From Bacteroidota bacterium (GTDB taxonomy: Bacteria > Bacteroidota > Bacteroidia > Chitinophagales > Chitinophagaceae): DNA of 64,000 bases. A model generated the notes under the pieces. It did not search any database, was not told the DNA's origin, and saw only the letters and a program-made list of their open reading frames with translations. The stretch is from contig JAEWHC010000005.1 in NCBI GenBank assembly GCA_023387985.1, forward strand, positions 519,008 through 583,007. The letters run 5' to 3'. Both the position numbers and the translations under genes were made by a program. Shown here in pieces: positions 50,553 to 59,653 of this stretch; within the stretch, counting starts at the first letter, position 1, and each line of letters opens with the position of its first letter.

Positions 50553-53500
50553 TTATTCATGATTGCCAGGAATGGTTTCCGCACCTGTTTCTCCTTCACT
50601 GTGCTCACCCATCCACGCGGTGGTATTTTCAAGCACTTCATCTGTATTCCGGATCTTGGCCATATAGTTTACATTCGGCAATACGTGGATCTGCTCAAGC
50701 GCATAATACATCCGAAGCGGACTATGTGCTCTTTCTTGTGAAACCTTGCTGTCTCTGTCATTGCTGTCGCCAAATACAATTGCATTTGTAGGACAGGCGG
50801 ACTGGCAAGCCACTTTGATTTCACCATCAATTACCGGGCGACCGGCTTTTTTGGCTTTCAGTTTGCCTTCCTGCAGACGCTGCACACAGAAAGAACATTT
50901 TTCAATCACACCACGTGCCCTTACCGTAACATCAGGATTAAGCACCATGCGGGTAAGATCATCGTTCATATCCATGGTAACATCACTGATGTGGCCTACC
51001 TGGTTATTGGGGAAACTGTCGGCACCGGTATAGTCGGCCCAGTTGAAACGACGTACTTTATACGGGCAGTTGTTGGCACAATAACGGGTACCGATACAGC
51101 GGTTATAGGTCATTTGGTTGAGTCCTTCGCTACTGTGGTTGGTAGCTGCTACCGGGCATACGTTTTCGCAGGGCGCATTGTCGCAGTGCTGGCACATCAT
51201 CGGCATAAACACCACATCCTTCACTTCATCCGGATTGTTTTCATCGCTCAGGTAATAGCGGTCTATGCGGATCCAATGCATATCGTGGCCGCGAAGCACT
51301 TCGCGTTTGCCAACAACAGGCACGTTGTTTTCAGCATTGCAACTTACAATACAAGCACCGCAACCATTACAAGCGTTGAGGTCAACACTCATTCCCCAGT
51401 GGATACCAGGACGGTCGTTCAGCCTGGGATCATATAAAGAAGCTTCGTTGCGGTAATCTCCCGATTTCTTGGAGTAATGCCGGACCAGCCAATCACGTTG
51501 ATCTTTAAACATCGTCGGATGTTTCCTGAGAGTAGCCAGCGAGGTTTCTTTTACAACTTCAATCCTGCCCTCATACACATTATGCGTTTGGTTTTGGGCA
51601 ATCTCATAAGTATTGCCGGTTTTGGCAACTTTCGTTATGGGCATATGGTATGAAGCCACCCCGGTTGATGACATTGCCAACAGCGGGTAAGCGTTCTTTC
51701 CTGCGCCTTTTGCAGCCACACCGGCTTTTCCGCTGCGGCCATAACCGAGGGCAATACCGATGGTGTTTTTCTCGGTTCCCGGAACAATCATAGCCGGCAG
51801 CTCAATTTCTTTACCACCTATTGTGATCATCAGGGTCGGTTTCTTGGGATGCACCTCGTAACGGTCAGCTTCGTGGGATTTAGTGATATCAATGCCCAGC
51901 AATTCTTTTGCGGCTGCGGCAGAGATCATGGCATAGTTATCCCAGGTTGCTTTGGTAACCGGATCGGGCATTTCCTGGAGCCAGGGATTGCTGGCCTGTG
52001 CCCCACTGCCCATTGATACTTTTTCGTAAAACTGTACTTCCCAGGTTCCTGCACCAGCTTTTGGCAGAGCGGCGATTGCGGCAAGCGCAGCCTGAACTCC
52101 ACCACCATTAAATCCGGAACCACCTGCAGTGCCGGCAGTTGGGGGAATTACCACACCATCACGAAGGGCTTTTTCCCAGTTGGCTTTCCCTCCGAGACGC
52201 TGAGTCCAGAAATTGCGCAGATATGTGAGATAATCATTGCTATCATTGGTGGCAGTACCTGCTGTTGTGGACGTGGTATCAGCCGGCGCAGAGGCAGCAA
52301 CAGGGGTACCTCCCCATTTCAACAAACTGTCCTGCCATTGGCGGGTTTTAAACAGCGGCGAAATGGTAGGCTGTATAAAAGAGAGGTAACCCGCTTTATA
52401 TTCCGCATCACCCCAGCTTTCGAGGTAATGGCTGTTGGGGATCACCATGGTACAGAGTTCAGTGGTTTCATCCAGTTTGGGGCTGAATGATACCTTCAGT
52501 TTTACTTTTTTCAGTCCTTCTTTAAAAGCCTGCGCATTGGGGTAACTATATGCAGGGTTGGTGTCCAATATAAACAGCGCACCAACACGACCGGCATTCA
52601 TATCCGCAACCAGCGTATGCATATCGCTGTCTTTGCCCTGCCGACTTGTAAATGGTGTATTCCAGTCAATGGTACGTCCGTTTGCCCCTATGGCTTCGTT
52701 GATGGCATTAACCACCAACTGCACATTTACATCATTGCTTCCACAAACCACCAGTGCGGCACCTCCGGCGGCCTTCAGGTCGTTGGCGGCTTTTTCAATA
52801 CCGGCTTTCAGTTTGGCATTGGCCAGGTTCACAGCACTTCCCTGTACAGCAGATAGCAATGCTGCGGCTACAGCGGAGGCTTCAGAAGGCTTATGCACGA
52901 AACGTTCATCGGCATTTGCACCCGTCATGCTCATGATACTTTCAAAATGGTAATGCTTGGGCATTTCCATAGTTTCTTCATTAAACTTGCGTCCTTTAGC
53001 GTAAAGCTGCGCAAACTCCACGGGGCTCACCCAGGTACCAAGAAAATCGGCACCGAGGCCCACAACCACTTTGGCCACATCAAAACGATATGAAGGGATG
53101 GCACGACGCCCGTAAGATGCTTCATTGGCATCCAGCATTCCGCTGTAGCTGATGGGATCATATACCACGTGACGGCTTCCCGGAAAACGGCCCAGAAAAT
53201 CCTGGATTACCTGGCGGGAAGAAGGGCTGGCCAGTGAACCACTGAGCAAAACCACAGGCAATCCATTCAGCCTGCCCAATTCACGGGTTACCGAGCGATC
53301 AAAAGCTTCAAAAGTGGAAACTTCTGTCAGGCTGCCTTCTTTAATGTCGGCTGGAAAACGCAAACGGGTAGTATCGTATAGATCGAGAACCGAAGCCTGC
53401 GCCCTGGCGCTTGTACCGCCATCGGCATAACTATTCAGTTCATTTCCTTCAATCTTTATTGGACGACCATCCCGGACCTTCACGAGTACCGGTTCAACAA

Positions 53501-53798
53501 ATCCTTCCTGTACAAATGTGGAGGCATACCAGTTCGCAATGCCGGGCGTTGATTCTGCAGGTTGATTTACAAACGGTATGGACTTTTGAACCGGCATTTC
53601 GCAACTTGCAGCCAAAGAAGCGGCGGCAGTGCTGAATCCGAGGTATTTTAAAAAATCACGACGCGGGGCTTTGGCATTCAAAAAGCCATGATCAGCGGCC
53701 TCAATGGGCAGGTCTTCACTGAATTCATCGGCAACTTGTTTCTTGTGGTTCTTACTCTCATTTAGCGCTCCGAAACTTTGCCAGATTTTATTGCTCAT
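50553..53798 (-). CDS. actB: Alternative complex III subunit B (molybdopterin-oxidoreductase-like plus Fe-S domain)
   Basis: RRDFLK Tat motif, GRPIKIEGN, CNGCGAC, CQHCDNAPC, CIGTRYC, KCSFC. Confidence 0.94.
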   Translation of the reverse strand: MSNKIWQSFGALNESKNHKKQVADEFSEDLPIEAADHGFLNAKAPRRDFLKYLGFSTAAASLAASCEMPVQKSIPFVNQPAESTPGIANWYASTFVQEGFVEPVLVKVRDGRPIKIEGNELNSYADGGTSARAQASVLDLYDTTRLRFPADIKEGSLTEVSTFEAFDRSVTRELGRLNGLPVVLLSGSLASPSSRQVIQDFLGRFPGSRHVVYDPISYSGMLDANEASYGRRAIPSYRFDVAKVVVGLGADFLGTWVSPVEFAQLYAKGRKFNEETMEMPKHYHFESIMSMTGANADERFVHKPSEASAVAAALLSAVQGSAVNLANAKLKAGIEKAANDLKAAGGAALVVCGSNDVNVQLVVNAINEAIGANGRTIDWNTPFTSRQGKDSDMHTLVADMNAGRVGALFILDTNPAYSYPNAQAFKEGLKKVKLKVSFSPKLDETTELCTMVIPNSHYLESWGDAEYKAGYLSFIQPTISPLFKTRQWQDSLLKWGGTPVAASAPADTTSTTAGTATNDSNDYLTYLRNFWTQRLGGKANWEKALRDGVVIPPTAGTAGGSGFNGGGVQAALAAIAALPKAGAGTWEVQFYEKVSMGSGAQASNPWLQEMPDPVTKATWDNYAMISAAAAKELLGIDITKSHEADRYEVHPKKPTLMITIGGKEIELPAMIVPGTEKNTIGIALGYGRSGKAGVAAKGAGKNAYPLLAMSSTGVASYHMPITKVAKTGNTYEIAQNQTHNVYEGRIEVVKETSLATLRKHPTMFKDQRDWLVRHYSKKSGDYRNEASLYDPRLNDRPGIHWGMSVDLNACNGCGACIVSCNAENNVPVVGKREVLRGHDMHWIRIDRYYLSDENNPDEVKDVVFMPMMCQHCDNAPCENVCPVAATNHSSEGLNQMTYNRCIGTRYCANNCPYKVRRFNWADYTGADSFPNNQVGHISDVTMDMNDDLTRMVLNPDVTVRARGVIEKCSFCVQRLQEGKLKAKKAGRPVIDGEIKVACQSACPTNAIVFGDSNDRDSKVSQERAHSPLRMYYALEQIHVLPNVNYMAKIRNTDEVLENTTAWMGEHSEGETGAETIPGNHE

Positions 53799-53846
53799 AT
53801 TCCTGAATTGAATAAAAGATGAATAATTAGATTGCTGGATTGAAAA

Positions 53847-55085
53847 TTAATAGTGGCATTTCTGACATTCTGTACCACCTACCATTTCTACGGTTACGCT
53901 ATCCAGTTTTCCACTCTTCATATCTTCATGGAATTTTTCGTAGATGCTGTAAAAACCGTTTTCAGTAAACTGAACTTTTGTTTCGCGGTGGCAGTTTACG
54001 CACCAACCCATACTCAGGTCGGCAAACTGGCCAACTTCATCCATATTTTGAATTTCACCGTGGCAGGTCTGACAAGCCACTTTGCCGGCAACTACGTGCT
54101 GGGAGTGGTTGAAATAAACGTGATCCGGAAGATTATGGATACGAATCCACTCCACTCCTTTGGCCTGGGAAGGATCCCATGGCGAGCCTTTGCTGTAACC
54201 AGCCAGTTCAAAAAGTTTTTCAATTTCCGCGGTACCGTCAACCGGGTTGCCACGCTCATCATAAAGCTGTTCACCGGTATACGTGGTGATGGCCAGGTGG
54301 CAGTTCATACAAACATTGATGGAAGGCAGGGTGGCCTGTTTGCCTTTGGCTACACCGGTATGGCAATACTGGCAGTTGATCTGGTTGATTCCGGCGTGTA
54401 CTTTGTGGCTGTAAAAAATGGGCTGCACCGGGGTGTAATCTTTGCTTCGCCCAAGATCAATGGCCCCTTTCGAAATAAATACGCCTGCAAATATGAATAA
54501 TGCGATAGATACCAATGCCAGGTAAGTTTTGTTCTTCCAGGCCGGAACATCTTTGTAAACCGGAAGGCCTTGTTTATCATCAGCCAGCTTACGCAGGTTG
54601 CGGTTAACGCCAAGCAATACGAGGGCTACTATGGCAAGGGCAAGCGTAATGAGGCCATAAAGCATGCTGTTGTTGCCTTCTTTCTTTACTACCGCCCCTG
54701 CGCCGGCACCTGCAGCCGGTGCAGCAGCCGGGGGCTGCCAGGTATTTACATATTCTATTATGGCATCAATTTCTGCATCCGAAAGGTTCGGAAAAGTATT
54801 CATCGCCGCGGGACTCCATGCTGCCATCTTTGCAGCGTAGGCATCCCCGGTCTCAACAGCTGTATTCCAGTTTTTGATCCAGGTATGGAGCAATTCTTTG
54901 GATGGCCATCGGTCCGACATACCTTCGAGCGCCGGACCAACCAGGTCTGCATCCATTTTGTGGCAGCTGGCACAATTGGCATTGAATAAGGCTTGTCCAT
55001 CCTGAGCGAATGAAGAACCCACCATTAAAACCGAAACAATAATCAGATTAATTAGTAGTGTACTCGCTTTGCGTAGTTTAGTCAT
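53847..55085 (-). CDS. actA: Alternative complex III hexaheme cytochrome c ActA
   Basis: Six CxxCH motifs: CASCH, CQYCH, CMNCH, CQTCH, CVNCH, CQKCH. Confidence 0.93.
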   Translation of the reverse strand: MTKLRKASTLLINLIIVSVLMVGSSFAQDGQALFNANCASCHKMDADLVGPALEGMSDRWPSKELLHTWIKNWNTAVETGDAYAAKMAAWSPAAMNTFPNLSDAEIDAIIEYVNTWQPPAAAPAAGAGAGAVVKKEGNNSMLYGLITLALAIVALVLLGVNRNLRKLADDKQGLPVYKDVPAWKNKTYLALVSIALFIFAGVFISKGAIDLGRSKDYTPVQPIFYSHKVHAGINQINCQYCHTGVAKGKQATLPSINVCMNCHLAITTYTGEQLYDERGNPVDGTAEIEKLFELAGYSKGSPWDPSQAKGVEWIRIHNLPDHVYFNHSQHVVAGKVACQTCHGEIQNMDEVGQFADLSMGWCVNCHRETKVQFTENGFYSIYEKFHEDMKSGKLDSVTVEMVGGTECQKCHY

Positions 55086-55107
55086 AATTACACGGATATT
55101 GATAAGC

Positions 55108-55152
55108 AGTCAGGCAGCGGCTTATGCTGCCTGACTTTAGTGGGCAAAAATA
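55108..55152 (-). promoter_or_regulatory. actA -7 box and 5'-leader hairpin
   Basis: TATTTTTG (55145-55152); perfect 11-bp inverted repeat 55108-55136. Confidence 0.55.
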
Positions 55153-55331
55153 TGACACCACAATGACAATTGGATTTAAATGTCAAAAAAAAATTAAAGC
55201 GCATAAAAACCGTATACTAACGAATGAATATCAATGAGATACACAACATTAATGTTTAATAATTGTAAATTATTCTATTCTTGCATAAATGCCTTTATGC
55301 TATAAAAAACATTTTAATGATCTTCGCGCCC

Positions 55332-56213
55332 ATGTTTAAACGTTTGCAGGAAAAATGGAAAGTAAATACTGTGCAACTTGTACTGGTGCTGATCACCTTT
55401 TCCATCGGTGGAAGCCTTTGTGGCTTCCTGGGAAGAAAGGTTATGGACCTTTTTACAATTGAAAGTACCCTGCTTTACGGCACACTCTATTTCATTATAG
55501 TTACCCTGCTCTGGCCCCCTTGTGTTCTACTGGTCAGCATTCCCTTCGGGCAGTGGCGGTTTTTCAGAAATTACCTCCGTAAAATGGGGACGAAGTTTGG
55601 TATAATCCGGTCGGCTGCTGAGATACAGCACACCAAAATAAACCTGGCGATTTTTGCAAGCGGTGGCGGCAGCAATGCACAAAAGATCCTCGAATATTTT
55701 AAGAATCATAATTCCATCCAGGTAAGCCTGCTGGTGAGCAATAAACAAGGTGCCGGTGCTTTGCACCATGCCGTAAACTATGGTGTTCCCACTATGCTCC
55801 TCGATAAAAACCGTTTTTTTGACGGAGATGCCCATATTGAAGAGCTGGAAAACCATGCTGTCGATTACATTATTCTAGCTGGCTTCTTATGGAAAGTTCC
55901 GGTAAAACTTATACAGGCATTTGAAAACCGAATCATCAACATTCACCCGGCTTTGCTTCCGGAGTATGGTGGCAAAGGAATGTATGGCCACCATGTTCAT
56001 GAGGCGGTATTGAAAAATAACGAAACCCGGAGCGGGCTAACTATTCATCTTGTAGATGAAAAATATGACAACGGCACCCAATTATTCCAAACCACTGTTC
56101 CGGTGTTGCCTGGAGACGATGCCCATACCCTTGCTGCTCGTATCCTGGAACTTGAGCACAAACATTTCGCCCCGGTTATTGAGGATTTCGTATTGAGCAG
56201 CGCTGAAAAATAA
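55332..56213 (+). CDS. purN: Phosphoribosylglycinamide formyltransferase with N-terminal membrane (DUF6787-like) domain
   Basis: FASGGGSN, LAGF, NIHPALLP, HLVDEKYD.G; ~90-aa N-terminal region with two hydrophobic helices, in frame. Confidence 0.9.
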   Translation: MFKRLQEKWKVNTVQLVLVLITFSIGGSLCGFLGRKVMDLFTIESTLLYGTLYFIIVTLLWPPCVLLVSIPFGQWRFFRNYLRKMGTKFGIIRSAAEIQHTKINLAIFASGGGSNAQKILEYFKNHNSIQVSLLVSNKQGAGALHHAVNYGVPTMLLDKNRFFDGDAHIEELENHAVDYIILAGFLWKVPVKLIQAFENRIINIHPALLPEYGGKGMYGHHVHEAVLKNNETRSGLTIHLVDEKYDNGTQLFQTTVPVLPGDDAHTLAARILELEHKHFAPVIEDFVLSSAEK

Positions 56214-56280
56214 CCGTGGAAAAACAATGGGCAAAACGGGAAACCCCGGGGATTTATTTTTTTAAACAATAGCCGGAAGT

Positions 56281-57114
56281 TCAATCCTCAGCCAGTTTAA
56301 TGCCTGCTTCAAGCATTTCAATTTTGCGCTGTTTGTATAAAGCACCGAGGGCTTGTTTAAACGTCTTTTTACTTACTCCGAATTTTGCATGAATATCCTC
56401 GGGCGCCGATTTATCGTTGTAAGGAAGCACGCCATTGGCTTTCCGTAATTCTTCCAGAATGGTTGTGGTAAAATCATCCACTTTTTCATACCCGGCTTTG
56501 CCGGGAACCACGTCCACTTTGCCATCTTCGCGTATATTTTTTACGAAACCATCAAGCTTTTGCCCGCTCTTCAAATCTGTATAAGCATCCGCCGAATGAA
56601 TAAGCCCTTCATATTGGTTGTTGATGATTACCTGGTAACCCAGCGGGGATTTCCGCAACACGATGAGTTCAACTTCCTGCAGGTACCGCAAATCTTTTTC
56701 CGGTTTTTTAAGCCATTGATTGAAGTATTCAGTGGCCGCCAGCCGACCGGTTTTTTCATCGCGGTAAATATAAACAAGATACTTTTTGCCCGCTTGCATC
56801 TCCTGGCGCTGCTGACTGTGCGGAACAAACATGTCTTTTGGCAATCCCCAGTTCAGGTAGGCGCCATATTTTCCGAGGGATTCTACTTTGAGGTAGGCAA
56901 ACTCACCAACTGTGGCCAGGGGCTTTTCGGTTGTGGCCACGAGCCGGCCCTCGCTGTCATGGTAAACAAAAACACTTACCACGGTTCCTGATATCCATTC
57001 TTTTTTCAGGTACTTTCCCGGCAACAAAATGCCCGAACCACCATCATCCAAAAAAGCTCCGCTTGCGGTTATCCGCAAAATGGGCAATTCATAAAACTTA
57101 CCAGCTTCTAACAT
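56281..57114 (-). CDS. CvfB family S1 RNA-binding protein
   Basis: GAFLD, WGLPKD.FVP, DGKVD, SKKTFKQALGALYK. Confidence 0.9.
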   Translation of the reverse strand: MLEAGKFYELPILRITASGAFLDDGGSGILLPGKYLKKEWISGTVVSVFVYHDSEGRLVATTEKPLATVGEFAYLKVESLGKYGAYLNWGLPKDMFVPHSQQRQEMQAGKKYLVYIYRDEKTGRLAATEYFNQWLKKPEKDLRYLQEVELIVLRKSPLGYQVIINNQYEGLIHSADAYTDLKSGQKLDGFVKNIREDGKVDVVPGKAGYEKVDDFTTTILEELRKANGVLPYNDKSAPEDIHAKFGVSKKTFKQALGALYKQRKIEMLEAGIKLAED

Positions 57115-57117
57115 AAA

Positions 57118-57945
57118 TTATAATTGTTCCGGCAAATCCGGATTTGGGTCATGCTCAACAGCCTGTGCACCTTCCCTCCTTTTCAGTGCGTTGTCGCGTT
57201 CCATTTCAATGATCCATTCTTTACGCCGCAGTTCAAAATTTGTACCTAAGTAAAGCCGGCGAACCTGTGCATCATCAGCAAGTTCCTGGGCTGATCCGTG
57301 GCGGAAGATCTTGCCTTCAATAAGCAAATAAGCCCTGTCGCAAATGCTGAGGGTTTCATTTACGTTGTGGTCGGTAATCAAAATACCAATATTGCGGTAT
57401 TTGAGCCTGGCAACCACGGTTTGAATATCTTCAACCGCAATAGGATCCACCCCTGCAAATGGTTCGTCGAGCAAAATGAATTTAGGATCCACGGCAAGGG
57501 CGCGGGCAATTTCTGTACGCCTTCTCTCACCACCGCTTAGCGAATCGCCCATGTTTTTGCGAACGTGTGTAAGACCGAATTCTTCCAGCAGGCTTTCCAT
57601 TTTATCATGCCGGGCGTGCTTTTTCATGTTTGTCATTTCCAAAACCGCCAGGATATTGTCTTCCACGCTCAGTCTTCTGAAAACGCTGGCTTCCTGTGGA
57701 AGATAACCAATACCCATTTGTGCCCTTTTATACATGGGAAGCGCAGTTATGTCGGCCTGGTCAAGATAAACCGTTCCGCCATCCGGCCTGATGAGTCCAA
57801 CGACCATGTAGAATGTGGTGGTTTTGCCGGCGCCGTTCGGGCCGAGCAGACCTACAATTTCTCCCTGATTCACATTTACTGAAACATGATCAACCACTGT
57901 GCGGCCGCTATACGTTTTAATGAGATTGTTGGTTTGAATGATCAT
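57118..57945 (-). CDS. lptB: LPS export ABC ATPase
   Basis: [45 protein letters not shown]. Confidence 0.95.
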   Translation of the reverse strand: MIIQTNNLIKTYSGRTVVDHVSVNVNQGEIVGLLGPNGAGKTTTFYMVVGLIRPDGGTVYLDQADITALPMYKRAQMGIGYLPQEASVFRRLSVEDNILAVLEMTNMKKHARHDKMESLLEEFGLTHVRKNMGDSLSGGERRRTEIARALAVDPKFILLDEPFAGVDPIAVEDIQTVVARLKYRNIGILITDHNVNETLSICDRAYLLIEGKIFRHGSAQELADDAQVRRLYLGTNFELRRKEWIIEMERDNALKRREGAQAVEHDPNPDLPEQL

Positions 57946-58115
57946 TCGTGCTAAACTTCGAATCCGCAAAATTAGGGTTATGGGTTGGTTATTCCGGCGC
58001 TTTGGCCTGCTCATGGCCGGTTAAGGCGGGGTTAAAGGGCGCCATCAGGCATGGCCATTAATGTTTTGTTGAAAAACTTACCTTTGCTCGCGATTTTGAA
58101 ATCACGAAGCAAGAC

Positions 58116-59072
58116 ATGAAGGTTACAGAATATATTGAAAAGGCTGCAGGTGAAACCCTTGTATCATTCGAAGTATTGCCGCCTTTGAAAGGCAAAACCA
58201 TTTCCAGTTTATACGACCATCTTGATCCCCTTATGGAATTCAAGCCATCGTGGATTAATGTAACTTATCACCGTGCTGAATCGGTATTCAAACGCCAGTC
58301 CGACGGAAGCTTTCTCAGGGTGGAAGTAAGAAAACGGCCTGGTACGGTAGGTATTTGCGCCAGTTTGCGCACGCATTACCAGGTAGATACTGTGCCGCAC
58401 CTGATCTGCGGTGGCTTCAGCCGGCAGGAAACGGAAAATGCGCTAATCGATCTCAATTTTCTGGGCATTGACAATGTATTGGTCCTGCGCGGGGATGCAG
58501 AAAAAAATGAACCCAGCTTTATGCCCCATATTGAAGGCCATCATTATGCCAGCGAATTGCTCAAACAAGTAATGGACCTGAACCAGGGAATTTATCTTGA
58601 AGATGATATTATAAATGGCGGCAAAACAGACTTCTGTGTTGGTGTTGCCGGCTATCCGGAAAAACATTTTGAATCCCCCAACCGTGAAATGGATTTGTTT
58701 TATCTAAAATCAAAGGTGGATAGTGGTGCTGCTTATATCATGACTCAAATGTTTTTCGATAACGCCAAATACTTCGAATTTGTGGACTCTTGCAGAAAAG
58801 TAGGAATTGACGTTCCCATCATTCCGGGTTTGAAACCCATTACCAGCCGGAAGCAACTTACCCTGTTGCCCCGGATATTTCATGTGGATATTCCAAATGA
58901 ACTGAGTAGTGAAATCCTGAACTGCAAAACCGATGCAGCAGTTGAACAGGCAGGTATTGCATGGCTAACCGCGCAGTCTCAGGAACTGAAAAAAGCCGGT
59001 GTCCCGGTACTTCATTATTATACATTGGGGAAACCCCGGGTGATTAAAGAAGTGGTGCAACAGGTTTTTTGA
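58116..59072 (+). CDS. metF: Methylenetetrahydrofolate reductase
   Basis: SFEVLPP, LRGD, AGYPEKH, TQMFFDN; TACCTTTG box at 58079-58086. Confidence 0.94.
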   Translation: MKVTEYIEKAAGETLVSFEVLPPLKGKTISSLYDHLDPLMEFKPSWINVTYHRAESVFKRQSDGSFLRVEVRKRPGTVGICASLRTHYQVDTVPHLICGGFSRQETENALIDLNFLGIDNVLVLRGDAEKNEPSFMPHIEGHHYASELLKQVMDLNQGIYLEDDIINGGKTDFCVGVAGYPEKHFESPNREMDLFYLKSKVDSGAAYIMTQMFFDNAKYFEFVDSCRKVGIDVPIIPGLKPITSRKQLTLLPRIFHVDIPNELSSEILNCKTDAAVEQAGIAWLTAQSQELKKAGVPVLHYYTLGKPRVIKEVVQQVF

Positions 59073-59078
59073 AAAATC

Positions 59079-59330
59079 TCAGGATAAATGAATGAGAAAA
59101 CCGAATGGCTTGTTGTCCCCATTCTGATCAAGAAACAGGTTAACAGATTTGGCTGTGGTAATGTGGCGATATCGCACGATATCAATGATTTCCATAGATC
59201 TCAAAAGGTTTTCAAGCCGGAAGGCTATTTCCAGTTGTCCGCCAAAAACATCGGTTTTTAAATCTGCGTCCCGTATGGTGCGGCGGGTACGTTGGTTGAC
59301 AAGCAGATTCATGTTTCCCATTTTGATCAT
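59079..59330 (-). CDS. Hypothetical protein (83 aa)
   Basis: ORF fills the gap and ends convergent with metF; no family recognised. Confidence 0.5.
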   Translation of the reverse strand: MIKMGNMNLLVNQRTRRTIRDADLKTDVFGGQLEIAFRLENLLRSMEIIDIVRYRHITTAKSVNLFLDQNGDNKPFGFLIHLS

Positions 59331-59395
59331 ATGGCCATCCTTTAAAGCAAGCAGAGAATATGTAAGGTTCCAAACAATAGCCCTTTGGGAAAATA

Positions 59396-59521
59396 TCAAT
59401 ATCCAACCATTCCGGAGCGTTGAGGGCATCCACAATTTTGTGCTGACTTACTTCCACCGGCACAAGCCGTTAATCCCAATATAGCAGATACAATAATAAC
59501 AATAATATACCTTTTGTACAT
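59396..59521 (-). CDS. Small lipoprotein (41 aa) with CGCP motif
   Basis: Manual translation MYKRYIIVIIVSAILGLTACAGGSKSAQNCGCPQRSGMVGY*; clear signal II peptide with LTAC. Confidence 0.7.
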   Translation of the reverse strand: MYKRYIIVIIVSAILGLTACAGGSKSAQNCGCPQRSGMVGY

Positions 59522-59653
59522 AAAAAAATATTTTAATAAGAGGAGTGTTTGCGCCGGTCAACGGTTGAATTTGAGTGGCCTATCTGTTTAACGCAGCGAA
59601 ATAGATTTTTATTTATTCAAAAATGTACAAAAGTTTGCAAAAACAAGAATTTT

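Noticed and set aside
57946..58115. Possible SAM riboswitch upstream of metF
   Set aside because: No SAM-I/II core seen, and the -7 box leaves under 30 nt of leader.
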